Positions 26,604 through 40,473 of a stretch of DNA of 64,000 bases are shown piece by piece (positions within the stretch are counted from its first letter, which is position 1; each line of letters begins with the position of its first letter). A program made the position numbers and the translations under genes. The notes under the pieces are model-generated. The model saw nothing but the letters and a program-made list of their open reading frames with translations. It was not told the DNA's origin and did no database searches. This stretch comes from Nageia nagi (Eukaryota > Plantae > Pinophyta). The stretch spans positions 135,470,001-135,534,000 of the forward strand of contig JBITNC010000001.1 in NCBI GenBank assembly GCA_050084985.1, written 5' to 3'.

Positions 26604-28500
26604 AAAAGGATGGATCTGTGTCCATGGTACATTCTATTAGTGAGCACTATTACCACTACTTCTAGCCTCACTAATCCAAAGTATGCTCCTATGACCACTA
26701 CTTTATCCATAAAAGGACACACCACCCAATATATCACTCCCACTAATCCCATGTGAGGCCATAAAGGCCTTAGCCCTCTCATATTTACTCCTAAGTAATA
26801 GAATTTCATTATCCATCTTCTCTATTTTATTCATCAAACTTTGAATGAAAGCCCACTATTCATTGGGTGGATGCATATCCATCCTCTCATGTAGCTTCTT
26901 CATGGATTGATCCATGGAGGCTATATGTGCATTTCTCACTACAAGTGTGGACTATAGGGTGAATAGCTGTAATTGTAATCCTAAAATCATGGTCTCGAAA
27001 GGCTTCAAGCTCTAAATATCCACCTCTAGGGTAGCAACTTAAGTAGAGGTGTCTCCTACAAATACATAGTTGTCATAAGTTAGTTTATTTTAAATAGAAT
27101 GCTAACATAAAATAATAAAAATACTTTTAAATTATTGAGTATATTGTACAGTATTACATGTTGCCACAAGTGGCACTGCCTCAACCAATGTATATAGACT
27201 CAATGCTTGTATATAAGGTTGCTCTTATACTATGATATTATGCATGGGGTTGTCTACATTTTATGGTTCTTCATTTTAGGACCCCTCTGAGCTAAGACCA
27301 TCTCTTCATATTCCTCCTCATCCTCCTACATATCCAATGGGTTCAGTCAAACTGTAACCCACCATGCTATGTATCCATGTGTAGTACCTAGGGCCATAGA
27401 TATATGCTCTATGGAGTACATTGTATATGTCTCCTCTCATGTGGTCCTCCAAGATGGTATAATCTCTCCCTCTTGGGCGAGATCCCTTTTAATCATTTGT
27501 TTGATATAGTAAATGGGAGAAGGTGGAATATCTTATTGTATCCCAAATTGCCTTAACACTCATTATGGAAAATAAGGCTCTACAAGCTTTCTCATGGTTT
27601 AGATAAAGCATGGTTACCATACCCATGCAAGTTGATATGCATCTTCCTCCCACACATTATCAACATAAGATACCCAAACTAGGTCCTCTAGGTATAGCCC
27701 ATCAATCTCATATCTACTAGACTCTAATGTCTATGGGCACCTATACCCATGCATCTTGGATATCCAACAAGTAAAGGTAATGTATGAAGGGTCCTACCTT
27801 ACTCTCTATATCCCAAATGGTCATATCATAACTATCTTCTCGTATGCCCACACTTGAAACAAGCCAAAGTGAGCAATAGTGATGTTAAACTTATGTACAC
27901 AAATAAAATTATACAAATACCTATAAAGTTTTGCTAACACAAAAGGATACCATGCATACCTTGTATGCCTAGCACAAATATTTTGCATAATCCACACCAT
28001 ACCTAATTGAAAGGATGAATTGCTCTTGTCTAGGCATAGGTAGGTGCATATGATGGAGATAATCAACAACCTCAAATGCTTACCTAGAGAAGCAAACTTG
28101 CATGCCTTTAATAAATGGGAGTACCTATGCTCCCAATCATGGTCTCCCTCCCCTATCAACCATTCTTCTAGGGTCTGATGGTCTTCATTGCTCCTAATAT
28201 CTTTAAGCTACAGTAATCATCCTTGAATGGGGATTTCCCATATCTTGTACACATCTAGAAGAATGATGGTTATTTCACCTAGGTAAAGGTGAGATATGTT
28301 GGTGTCTTGATCCCACCTCTTTTCTAAAGTAGTCAAAAGAGGTAATTCATGTTGGATGTGACCGACCACCTCTAATTCATTCAAGCAAGATCTCATGAGG
28401 ATATCATCCTCATGGTTTATTTTGGACCACCTCTTGGCCTTATCTAATGTTGTAGTCAACATGGATCCACCTCTGATCATTATTTTCTGATCGTTCAAGA
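26600..28500 (-). pseudogene. Plant mobile domain (PMD, MAIN/MAIL-like, PF10536) pseudogene with an intron
   Basis: LLTTLEKRWDQDTNISHLYLGEITIILLDVYKIWEIPIQG; YAWYPFVLAKLYRYL; LFQVWAYEKI; EPYFP**VLRQFGIQ*DIPP; TTHGYIAWW; GT-AG intron ~27057-27157. Confidence 0.9.
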
Positions 28501-30589
28501 TAAAAAAAATCCAAACATCATAAGAAAATCTACCTATAATTAATTATGAAATAAAAGGGAAAAATGGTACAAATTAAACAAGTAAAATGGTGGAAAATAA
28601 TGAAATGGACATCGCTAGGGGAAAATAAAAATTGAAATAGTATAACTCAATGAAGTCCTATTATTTCTAAATAAGGCAAACTAAAAATACAAAATAGAAG
28701 AGAATAAAAACATGAATGATACCCATTGCATGATCAAATACTAGGCTATGCAGATACTCCACAACATGTCCCTTATGTCATGTCATGGGCCTCTCAATAC
28801 TATGCCAATCTTGATTTGCCATGTCACTAAGCTAGCTCAAGTCCCTAAATGGCTAAGGCAAAGTTAACCACATAAGAAATCATCGATAGCCAAGCTCAAA
28901 AGTACTACCATGATGGACAAAATAGAGCCATAGTCTTCACCAACAATCACCAAGTACATGCAAAGTGCTAGACAACAAAAAGATAAAAGAGCAAATGGTA
29001 AACATGTAAACAAAATTTCTATATTTATTCAATTTTTACCCTAAGCCTAGATCAAACATGTGCATCTTTGAATGTCAATTTTCATGAATCAAACACGATT
29101 TATTATGTAGGAAAAATGAAGGAAAATATATTACTCAATAGTAACCTCTTTTTCAAAAACTAATTTTGCTGCATTCATGCTGCAAGTGGTGTATGAAAAG
29201 TAAAATTGTGGCTCAATCATTGCATGCTGGTGAAAAATGGTAGAAATGGTAAATTTGAATGTTTAAATCATGCATTAATGGTTAAATAATTGATATTGCA
29301 TTTTTACTATTTATTAATATTAAATGCACACTGCTAGAGGCATGATTTTTATAAAATTCAAAATGATTCCAATTTTATATTTAAATTCTAGTTTTGTTAA
29401 ATGCAAATTGATGATTAAATTGGATAATACCTGATATGAACAAGGAGAGTTTAAATCATAAAATATGATTTAATTAAATGCAAATATCAAATTTTAATTT
29501 TTACATTTTTGCATAATTTTGAGATGGTAAATACATGAATAATTATTGTTCAATGCCAATTGAACATGCTATCTTATAAGATGATCTAATCCATCATCTT
29601 CATGTAGTTAACGACATGAAAGAGGTAAAATTATGGGTTCCTTAATGTATGAATCACATTATCATAGTCTTAATTAATCAAATTCATTACTATCATGGTC
29701 ATATGGTTGCTAAATCGATAAGGTGTGTATCAAGTCTAAATTATCCAAGTTATTGTTTACATTCAAAATATTATGCAATACAAAAATATTATTTTTTGAT
29801 TTTATAAGGCAAAATATTATTTCTTATTTTCAATTGAACATCATTAAAGTTTTTAGATCTAATATGACTATTTCTACATTGCTACTGGTGTGTGTTTATT
29901 ATGATTACATTGTAAATGGTGCATGTTATAAATACTCAAATATTTTCTTAAAAATATCATTATTTCACAAATATGCATTGATATAGATCTGATTAACAAA
30001 GTTGTAAAAGACATGATTGTCAAATTCTATGCAAATCATGTTGTCAACAAAGTGAGTTTACTTTGAAAATAAATGAAATCAAGAAATTTAATATGATCAA
30101 ACATGTAATTTTGATATGAAAGGCCACTAAATACTTGAATATCTAGTTTATGTATGAGAATCAAATGATATTATTCAATGATATGATCAAACATGTACTC
30201 TCATTGTCTCAACCTTTACACATATGAGATTAATGTATTTTGAATACTTTTGAGTCATGTCTCCCTAATTAAATGATCAATTATAAATTATACATTATCT
30301 ATACCCTCCTCATTTTGGAAAAAAAATTTAGGATAAACTTGAGAAGGTCCATGACACATTTCTCTCACAATAGTCCGAGTACCCATCCCAGTACTCTAAA
30401 TGATCTCATGTGGTTGAAAAAATTCATAAGGAGTGGGAGTGTTTTAAATTACCAAATAATCTTCATCTAACTCAATATGTTGCAATTCAACCTTTCTTAT
30501 GCTTCAAACATTCTCAATATTTAAAGTTGGAAACACTAAACACAAAATATCAAATGTCTACTTAGGTTGATCCCTAGCATTAATTATGC

Positions 30590-32269
30590 TAATTATCTTT
30601 CCTCTCCTTTTGAATTATCCTAGTGATGGTATTAATGGTGGTGACATGGAAGTTATTCTTGTAGACACTATTCAATGAAAAATATAAAAAAATTGTAAGC
30701 CATTTGATTTTAACAAAATGTTCAACAAAATCATTGGTAGCAAGGTGCACTCGATCAGTTGCATGATGCATCTAATTGATAATAGGGTGTACCTAATCAA
30801 GTGTACCCTACTACTGATTGGGTGCATCATGCAATAAATTAGGTGCACTCTACTATTGGTTAGATGCTTCCATGAGGATACATTTACCTTGGGTTTCTTG
30901 AATGCCTTGTTAGGGTATCTAAATGACTACCCAGGTGGGTATCATTGTGGTTGCATGAGAGGATGTCCTAGTAGTTGGTTGAATAAAATATTAGTGTTTT
31001 GAAGTGTGATTTCTTGACTAATTGACTATGTGAATTATTGCATGTGTAGTTTCATATGTGCTTATTTAATTAGAATCATGTTTCAAAGATATCCTACATG
31101 TGCATTTAACATATATAGTGAAATTACGCATTGTAATAAAAAATAATCATAAGATTTATTTGTTGCATTTAATCTCTTTACCTACAATTAAAATTGTAGG
31201 AAATTGAGTTATTTTTGGTGTAATTAAATTATTAATTTTTTATTTTTTCAATATCATAAGGGGCTTTGTGTCCTTGTTATGCACATTAAAGTCTACCCCA
31301 CCTTTGGCTTTATGATCTTTCAAAGTCATCTCCCTCTTCTTTGCACTTGTAGATGCTCGAATCTGTATATGATAGAACTTTTATTTAGGCTTAATAATAT
31401 ATGCATCTTAAACATAATAATAAATATAGAAAGGAATAAATACCTAAATTTGTTCTAATGATAAAGATATTTGATTCATGCTTTGTGCCAGACATGTTGG
31501 TGGTGGTGCATTCATTAAATCATAAAAAGCTTCAAAGTAAAACTCTAAAATAAAATTAATTTGTGGTGATAATATTGGTGTTGTTAGCAAACACATCTCT
31601 TAAATATTTCCATATTCTCTCCAAAATATGATTGAAAAAATCAAATTTGGCTCCACTGAGCACATGAATAACATATATGCAAGCCCATTATGGAAGCTAC
31701 CTCAATCACCCCTATAGAACCACATATGTAAAAAAGATATCCATCATGGAATTGAGGTAATTGTTGGAAAAAGTATTGTAAAGCACACCTCTACTTGACC
31801 GCAACTCTAAAAATAGCCAAATAGAAAACATAGATTCATAATTATGAAAAAATTAAAATAAAATGACTCATGATTCATGAATATACAAAAGGTTAGAAGT
31901 TTACCTGGTTCATCGAAGGATACATTGTAATGGGACTTGAGGTACTTCTTCTCATCATCTCTAAAAATAGCCTTCAAATTTATTGCGTAAGTATTACCTT
32001 CTTTATTTGGTATATGAGTCAACCATTTCACATTTGATGTCGACTTGCCATAAACCAACATTTTTGAGGATAACTTGACTATGGAAATACTTTTTTATTG
32101 ATTGTAACTTGATAACAATATGTTTAGAAGCCTTGAATATATCTTAAACTAGGGCATTAAATAAGTCCTTAAAGACTTGACTTATCCATACAATTTATGT
32201 ACGTGTCTAGTTTTGTAAGCTCCAGTTAGGGTAAGTAACATTTTTGAAGGAAACCTTACTAGAATCCAT
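30590..32269 (-). pseudogene. hAT1 accessory gene (spliced, convergent with the transposase; 3' part lost)
   Basis: ATG at 32269. GT-AG introns 31807-31904, 31363-31443 and 30668-30887. Translated exons align with the hAT2 accessory gene. Confidence 0.8.
30720..30870. repeat. ~21-bp motif array in an intron of the hAT1 accessory gene
   Basis: Repeated GGTGCAC / GTTGCATGATGCA / GATTGGGTGCATCATGCA motifs, related to 20520-20650. Confidence 0.65.
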
Positions 32270-32469
32270 GATTGAACTAAGAAAACAATAGTCAAGAACA
32301 TAGATGGATGGTGGACTAGATTGAAAAATGATTAGAATGAATAGGAAAGGAGGGAACTCAGAAGGAATCAATAGAAGAGAAGAGTTGTGAGAAAATAAGG
32401 TTATGAAAATATATGTAAAAATGACTATTCATGATTATTTATAAACTTCCACACATGTTGCATTAATTT

Positions 32470-32730
32470 AATTGTACAATGGATGTCCTATGGATCAGTA
32501 GCAAGGTGCAACTGGTTGGTTATAACATGGAACATGATGATGATGGCACTTGCAACCAAACTATTGTACTTGTAATTGGAAGGTTTCAGAGTGCACCCAA
32601 CTATTTACATGATATGATCTTATGATATCAAATGCAATTGTAACCAAATGATTACATTTTCCACCATCTAGTTGCATCATACAATCGATCAGGTATAAAT
32701 GCAATCATCTGGTTGCATTTATTACCATCA
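32470..32730. repeat. Right subterminal motif array of hAT1
   Basis: Repeated TGCAACCA / TGGTTGCA variants (TGCAACCAAAC, CTAGTTGCATC, CTGGTTGCAT). Confidence 0.7.
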
Positions 32731-34649
32731 ATAATGTATGGTGGATAAATTAATGGAAAAAAATTCCTTACATTTTCATAAAATTTATATTCACCATTTT
32801 TTCATGCAATTTCATAGGAAAACTACCAATCATCGAATATCGAGAAAAATAATTTATCAAGCATTTGAAAAAAAATAATTATCTTAAAATTTACCTTACC
32901 CTCATCCTACAATATGCATCTTTATCTATGAATTAGCATCCTCATGTGATTCACCATTACATCTATGTTTGGTTGTCTTAGTATTAGTAGGGTCATTTTC
33001 ATCTAAAGAGGCAACTAGGTTATCTATGAGTAAATTTATTCATGGGATTTATTACTTTTTCCTTGATATTATAGTTCCCAACTTGATCAGTTCATTTAGG
33101 TACTGACCTATAGAATCAAAGTTTGTACCTTATGCATCTAGTATTGACTCATGTGATTCTATCTTGTGCATCTTGCATCATGTAGGTAAATAATTTTAGC
33201 ATACCTAATGGGACTCATCTCATGCACTTCAAGGTACATCTGGTGACTTGTTGCATATACCTATAAATGTTTTCTATATCTTATGTAATTCTTGTACAAA
33301 TACAAATTATTTTAGCCTCTTCTATGCAAGAATTCCCAAAACCTATTAAGAGGTAAATATGTATGTACCATAGCAACAATACATGAAAAGGAGTACCATA
33401 TTCATCTACACTTCATTTTACTTCACCCTAGCCAACCCCTAGCTAGCATCTAAGATTCATGATAGATCATTAGCATTAAGGGCTTGGGATGTAAGTATTA
33501 TGTATATTTATTATAAAATAGAATAAATATTTATAGATCCTAGTGCTTGAACATATCTTCCCAAAGTTTGAAGGCTTCTCCTTTATTTGGTGTTGCAATA
33601 ATATCATCCCTAGAGAATTCATTTCTAACTCATAATGGAGTTGTATCAATAAATAATTATGTACTAGGGGCATCAAGTGTAATACTTATAATGAAGACCA
33701 TATTGTTTGCCTCCCTACCTAGCCCTACTAAGATTTTCCCAACAAAAAGGGGCCATCATTCCATAAATAGCATGTTAGAAGAACCATCAATTGAATATAG
33801 TGATAATAAGTTTGAAAATTTATTATTTTATCTTTACCATAATATCGAGCCCTACTCACACCTATAATTGAAGGTGATTTTCCAATTGTTCACTAAGCAC
33901 TTTAGCTATACTAAGTAAAGGGGGTAAAAATGTTATTAAAATCATCATCTCTAGGAATTGGTGGCATGATGGCTCTTTATGGCCTTTAGACTCTGCCAAT
34001 AATAATTAAGGTAATCAAAGGCTTCTTGAATTTTCTTAATGCTAATGAGGCCATTTTGAAAATGTGAATATACCTCTTGGGAAATTATTAGGTAAACATA
34101 TTCAATATTAAATTAGATATGGAGGTACCAAGTGAAGAAGATTATAGAATTATTTATTTTAGGATCTCCATACTTGTAATATCATTTAAGGCAAGGCTCT
34201 CTTTCCCAATGGGGGAAAATACACATAGCCCTACATTCATTAAGTTCATGATTCCAATTGCAATTTTCTACATCCTATGGATAAGAAATTTAAAATGACC
34301 CAATCTTGAGCTCTTATGTAGTAGTAAGTTCAAAATCATCCATTCCCATCCATATTTTTACTATGACACCACCAATGAAAGTGAGTTCCCTCAACAACAC
34401 AAAAAAGAGTAAATCTTTTGCCTTGAAAGTATATGATGTTAGTGTTTCAAACTTCAAATTTGGTAATCTTATTTATGGATCTTTTCCACCTTTAATGATA
34501 TCAATTATGATATTTAATCCCATAAGAAAATATAAATTGAAGTAATACCAAATGATGTCATCAAAACAAAGCCTTGCCCCATCTAATGCATTGCAAGGCT
34601 AGGAGAATATATGACATCACCCTAAGAAATAACATTTTCTGAGAAGGAA

Positions 34650-36080
34650 GGTATGTGAATGTTTTATGGAATGCCTCATTGAAATTTGGCCTCTCAAGCT
34701 TAAGTAATATTAGGATATGTATAAAATTATTCTTGAGAAAGGCTCTAGAAACTCTTAAGCAAGTATAATTATCATATGTAAATCCAAACTATGTACTCTT
34801 TTCTAGTATATTCCATTATGGAATCTCATGAAGAAGGTATGGGAATACATCAATGAGTAGTCAAAAATTATTTTCATCAAATATTATGGTCATGAATGCA
34901 ATTATATACATTTACATAAAATGTATAAGGATAAACCAAGAACACACATTATTTGATGTAATGCTTCATTAAGATGTAGTTTTCCATATTGCAATAATTT
35001 CATAATGTGTATAAAATGGGTAATCCAAGAAGAATATAAAATTTTTTAGATGATGCAATTGATAGATGTAAAGATAAAATTCCAACATTCTTCTAGTGTG
35101 TGCCACCACAAGAACTAAAATAACACAATGGAGATTGAGAATTGTTTAATATAATACTTCACCAAAATTTAATCATATAGATTGCAATGATATCAAAATA
35201 TGTATAGAATGGATTTTTGGAAAGGTTATGGAAACTTTTAAGCAACTCCAATCATCAAATGCAAAGCAAAACTATGCAACCTAGGTCATCTTTATTCCCA
35301 ACATATGCCTTCATTGAATCTCATAAAGAAGGTTTGGAAATACACCAAGGAGGAGTTCAAAATGGTTCATATAATATTGTGGTTAAGAATGCCATTGTAG
35401 ATGTATATGTAAAATATGAAATAATAAACTAGGTCCAATAATTTTTTGATAAGATGTGTGATGCAAACATAGTATAGTATAATTAAATGATTAGAGAATA
35501 TATAATTCATGGCTACAATAAGGATTCCCTTTGACTATTTGACCCAATGAAGCATTCAAAAACTATAAAAACTTTCCCAGGACTTCTTAGTAACTGATGT
35601 CATCGATAACATTGATCAATATTGGTAAACATGTTCTTAGGTCCTCCCATCAAATGACATCAACCAAAACTTAAAACATGCTTGAGAATACATGTATGGA
35701 AAATCCTAAATCCTAAGAATCATTTGGTATAACATATAATGTAAACATATTTTTTAGGACTACAATGAGCACATGATATGCATAAAATAGAAAAAAAAGA
35801 TCATGAATTATTTTTATATACCTTATTAAAATACAATCACATGGACTATAATAATCATAGGATATTTATGAAATGGGTCCCAAGAAAAGGCTTTATAAAC
35901 TTTTAAGCAAGTGAAATTATCAAATGCAAAGCCAAACTATGCAACATGCGTCAGCTTTCTTTCCACCATATGCCACCATAAAAGCTCACTAGAAGGAATG
36001 GAGATTCATTAATGAGTAGTTAAGAATAGTTTTAATCAAATATTATGGTTATAAAGTTTTGGGAAGACATGTATGGTGGG
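34650..36080 (+). pseudogene. PLS-class PPR fragments, copy 2
   Basis: Colinear with copy 1. ORF 35217-35432 contains GLEIHQGGVQNGSYNIVVKNAIVDVYVK. Confidence 0.88.
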
Positions 36081-37287
36081 ATAATAGAACAAGTAAGCAA
36101 ATAAGTTAACATGATACAAATGTAGACTAAGTTTCAATAAGTACAATATGCAAATGGAGGCTCCCAAGTACATAGAGAATTGAATACATGTGAAGGTTGG
36201 TAATAAAGAGTGACTTCCTCATCAACATAGCCAAATTTGGTAATTATGTTCTAGTTGTTAGAGAATTCTTTGGGATTGTTACTTGAGCTACAAAAAACCT
36301 TCAAGTGTACATTTATCACCATTTTATAATAAAGTTTATCTTATAGGTTATTATACAATATAATTGACATCCAAAATCCTCCAAAGGTATCCAATAGAGA
36401 TCATGAGTAGGAATTTCAAACCTCCCAAGAGTCAAAAACTAAAGAAATAAAGGCTCAACATCATGAGATATCTAAGAGATGGGATTTTTCCAACAACAAA
36501 CTATGATATCTTCATGATGCCAAGTTGTAATTTTAGAACTATTTTTAGATTTATTATAATATAAATACCAAGAAGTAAAATTTTAACTTCCAAAAACACT
36601 ACAGAGTGATAATCGTAATCCTTCTCAACATGCATAGTTCTTGTACTAGAAGTTCATTTATCTGGAAATGCTCACAAGGAATGCATATGCATAGAAGATG
36701 TTGTTGTGTTATTGAACATAGCCTTTAGTCTTAAGATTAAGGTTGTGCATGAAGATAAGAGTCTAAGTTAAACAAATCATGCATCAAGCATGAAGGGGTC
36801 CCTTCTAGTGACCCAATAGTAATCTCACATAGCAGTTTAGGTTTCTTGAAAGTTAATTTCTTATTGTAAATGGCATGATTTCCTATTTCTACAGTAGCCC
36901 CTAGAGGTAGTGTAGAAGTACAAGTAGTTAAGGATTAGTTATTTCTTTTTAGGTTACTACAGGGTTCATTTTAACCAAATATTCTTTAATAAAGTTACTG
37001 CAAGAGGTTGGGTCCACTTTATGGCCAAAAAGTGGAAGCCTTTTCCTAATTTTTAGGTTTGGTCACATTGATTTCAAAATTTGAAGCACTTAGACATAGA
37101 ATCTTGAAGAAGCAAATTAGGGGAAAATGTAGTGCTTTGAGTATAGTTTTAAACTGTATAATTTATTTCAATACCCAGATGATAAAAATTTATTTTTGAT
37201 ATGTATGAATGAGAACCATTATTTAAAAAATACTATTTTTGGACCATACCATGCATATGTCCATCACACATATTCTGATCTAAACTA

Positions 37288-37570
37288 AAGTATTTTTTTA
37301 AATTCTTTTGAATAAAGATAACTAAAATAATGAAGCTTGTCTTGGATATTTTTTCATAATTTTTTCATGCATATTATTTTTTTATGGATTGTGATTGTAT
37401 TTTTGAAATATAATCATGTCTATCATGCATAGTAAGTATTTTTTAAATCCTTATGGATAAAGATACTTAAAATAATAAATCTTGTCTTGAATATTTTTCA
37501 TAATTTTTTCATGAATATTATTTTTTTATGGATTATGATTTAAAAAATGCTCGTGTCTATCATGCATAAT
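37288..37570. repeat. ~148-bp tandem duplication in the hAT2 left subterminus
   Basis: AGTATTTTTT(T)AAAT..ATAAAGATA..AAAATAAT..CTTGTCTTG..TATTTTTCATAATTTTT occurs twice. Confidence 0.85.
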
Positions 37571-38130
37571 TTGACCTAAAGTTATCATTTTTTTAAACTT
37601 CTTTTTTTTAATTTTGTAGAGAATTATCTAAAGGTTATCCTCATATATTTTTTCCTCAAAATTCCTAAAAAATAAAAAATTTATTAAACAAAATTATTTT
37701 TGAAATTTTGTAAGTCATAAAACTTCCTCTTTATATGGATAAAAAGCTATTACACAAATTTTAGAAATTTTAAAAATGAAAATTGGTGAATTTTTGAAGT
37801 TACAACAATAGCCATGTCTCCAAAAAAAAATATTTTGACTCAAGTCACCAAGTCAAATTAAAATTTTAAATAAAAATTTTATTTTTTTATCAATGTTTTG
37901 AAATAATAAATAGCTAATTTCATGTTGAAATTATAAATTATTATTTATATTTCAACTAAATCACCCATTATAAATACCTTAATATAAATAGTAAATTTGA
38001 TACATCCATTGTTATTTTCTTATGGATCTCCTTAGAGCGAGCATATCAACATAAACTATAGGTCCTAAAAAGAGTTATGATAATTAGTGAGATCTTATTC
38101 CTAATCTTGTTATGTTTCATAATATTTGTA

Positions 38131-38615
38131 ATTTGTATCTTCCTTTGAATGGTAGCATATGCCTTTAGATGGTGGCATCTACCTTTGGATGGTAGCAAAT
38201 GCTTTTGAAAGGTGTCATCTACCTTTAAATGGCTACTCTTGATTCTAAATGATTGCATCAACTTTTGAATGATGGTACCTTCTCTTGAATAGTGGCATCT
38301 TCCTTCAAATGATGGTATATGCTTCATACGATGGAATAATACCTATGGATGATGCAATACTACCTCTAGATGATGTAATACTACCTTCGAATGGTAGCAT
38401 TATACCACCAAATAGTAGCATGCTTCTATATGGTAGCATCATGCTACCTCCTAGTAGCAAAGTTCTACCACTTGAAAGTAAAGCACTCCACCCAGTAGCA
38501 AAGTGCTACCACTTAGTATCAGATTGCTACCATTTGATGATAGGATTTTATTGTTCAATGACATGATGTTACTATTTAGAGACATATTGTTATCATCTAG
38601 TAGCATTCTACCTAC
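38131..38615. repeat. 20-bp then 21-bp minisatellite (ATGGTAGCA/TGCTACCA motif), upstream of the hAT2 transposase
   Basis: Exact 20-bp register 38141-38320 (CCTTTGAATGGTAGCATATG variants), then 21-bp units from 38341. Confidence 0.88.
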
Positions 38616-38707
38616 AAATAATGATAGCATCAGTCCAATGGATTTCTAATCTTCATCTTTTTGGTACAATATTAAAAAATTTGATTCAAATGTTAATTGC
38701 AAATACT

Positions 38708-40426
38708 ATGGACTCTAGTAAAAATATTAAAAGGGAGTAAAAAAAGGGTATATTATCTTATTTTTCTAATGGACAATTGCAAAATGATGTAACTCAACAG
38801 GCATCTTCAATTAATACAGGCACTTATCTTATCTATAATTTTTAATGTAAGAGTTGAAATTTTAAATGTATTATCTTCAATATATTGAAAATACAATGTG
38901 AATGTTGAATTATAAGAGATATCCTTTTATATTTGATATGCAGAAAACCCCAATAATCAAGTGCCACATGATAATATTTTTGTTGCAATTGATGTGCAAC
39001 CACTTTCAATTGAGTACCTTACAAATGGACCATCTTTGCATGATGATAATCCTAACCCATATATTGAAAAATATTAAAAAAAATATACATAAAAATATAC
39101 ATAAAAAAATAATCAAAATTTGAAAATAAAATGAAGTGCAAAATGGACTATTGGAAGAGTTTTTCAGGTCAATTGGGCAGAAAAATATCCATTCATTGAA
39201 CCAACTGACCCTAATGATGGAAATGATCCAATAGAATGCAAATGTAAAATATGTTTTTGGGCAACAAAAATATAACATCAAATGAATCTAAAAATAGACA
39301 TAATACAAAATATTATGGTAAATTATATTTTAAAAAATAGATAAAAATGGATAGACAATTAAGTGTTGCATTGATAAAATAGAAGATGAGTGCAATCACT
39401 TATAATATTAGGTAGAATATGAGAGGTACATGAAATAAAAATAAGATCTACAAAACAAAGGTGGAATACTAGAAACATATTTTGAAATAATTAGTGATGC
39501 AAAAAGGTTAGTAAAATTTACTCAATTTTGTACTATCTTTCATACTTGTAAATAGTGGACCTATTTCTAATTTTATAAATTTTAAAATTTTATATCAAAG
39601 AGTTGGATTATAGAATATATCACAAAAGCATTGGTCAGAGATAAGTGCTTGAGAAATGGAAAAATGTTTATCAATGGTTTAGATTGAGAATTTAAAGGAA
39701 AATGTTAAAACATTATAATTTATTTCACTTTCATTTGATGAAGTTGTAGCAGTGGACAATACTTCATGGGTTTGCATGCATGTATACACTTTTCAGAATA
39801 ATTGTAGGATACCACATCTATTGAATGTTCATAAAATGGATGAAAATTGAAATGCAAAAAACCTTTACAAATTAGTTGTTTCTACCTTAAAAGATTTTGT
39901 TGGAATGGATGATTGTGAAATTACTACAAAATAGATATATGTTGGATCAGATGGTGTATTAGTAATGTAAGGTAATCAAAATGGTATTTATGTTAGATTA
40001 CATACTACAGTAGCTCCATATATGATTCACATTCATTATATGGTGCATAGAATGAACCTTGCATATAGAATTAATAGCACTTTTATAAGCATATCAAAAG
40101 TGGAAGAGCTTAATCATGACTTACATGCATATATCGCAAGAAGCCCAAAAAGATATAGGGAGTTCAAAAATTTCTTTGTTGGAATAATTGGTGAAAATAA
40201 GCTTTTAAAAGATGTTGATACAAGATGGATTTCATTTTATGAACCAACAAAAAGAGTTTTTCTTGAATATCCATCATTAACTACTTCTTTGTATGAACAT
40301 CATAATGTAATTGATAAACCAAAATATTTACTATTCTATTTGATAGATTTTTAAATATTGTTGATATTATGCAAAATTATTCCAATGTTATAGGAAATCA
40401 ATACTTCAATGAAACATACTCAAGAA

Positions 40427-40473
<47 letters not shown>

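Larger units (their letters stand above)
20168..32898 (+). mobile_element. hAT-type DNA transposon 1 (12,731 bp including nested insertions)
   Basis: TIRs CAAGGAAAATTTTA / TAAAATTTACCTTA (12/14 match). 8-bp TSD CCCTAATC (20160-20167) / CCCTCATC (32899-32906). Empty site CCCCAATC in the array copy at ~47593. Internal transposase. Confidence 0.9.

Noticed and set aside
38046-38566. ORFs 38046-38327 and 38285-38566 with periodic CYH/LP motifs
   Set aside because: They are translations of the 20-21 bp minisatellite, not genes.
38131-38615. CRISPR-like regular repeats
   Set aside because: No unique spacers and no cas genes; degenerate tandem units in eukaryotic DNA.
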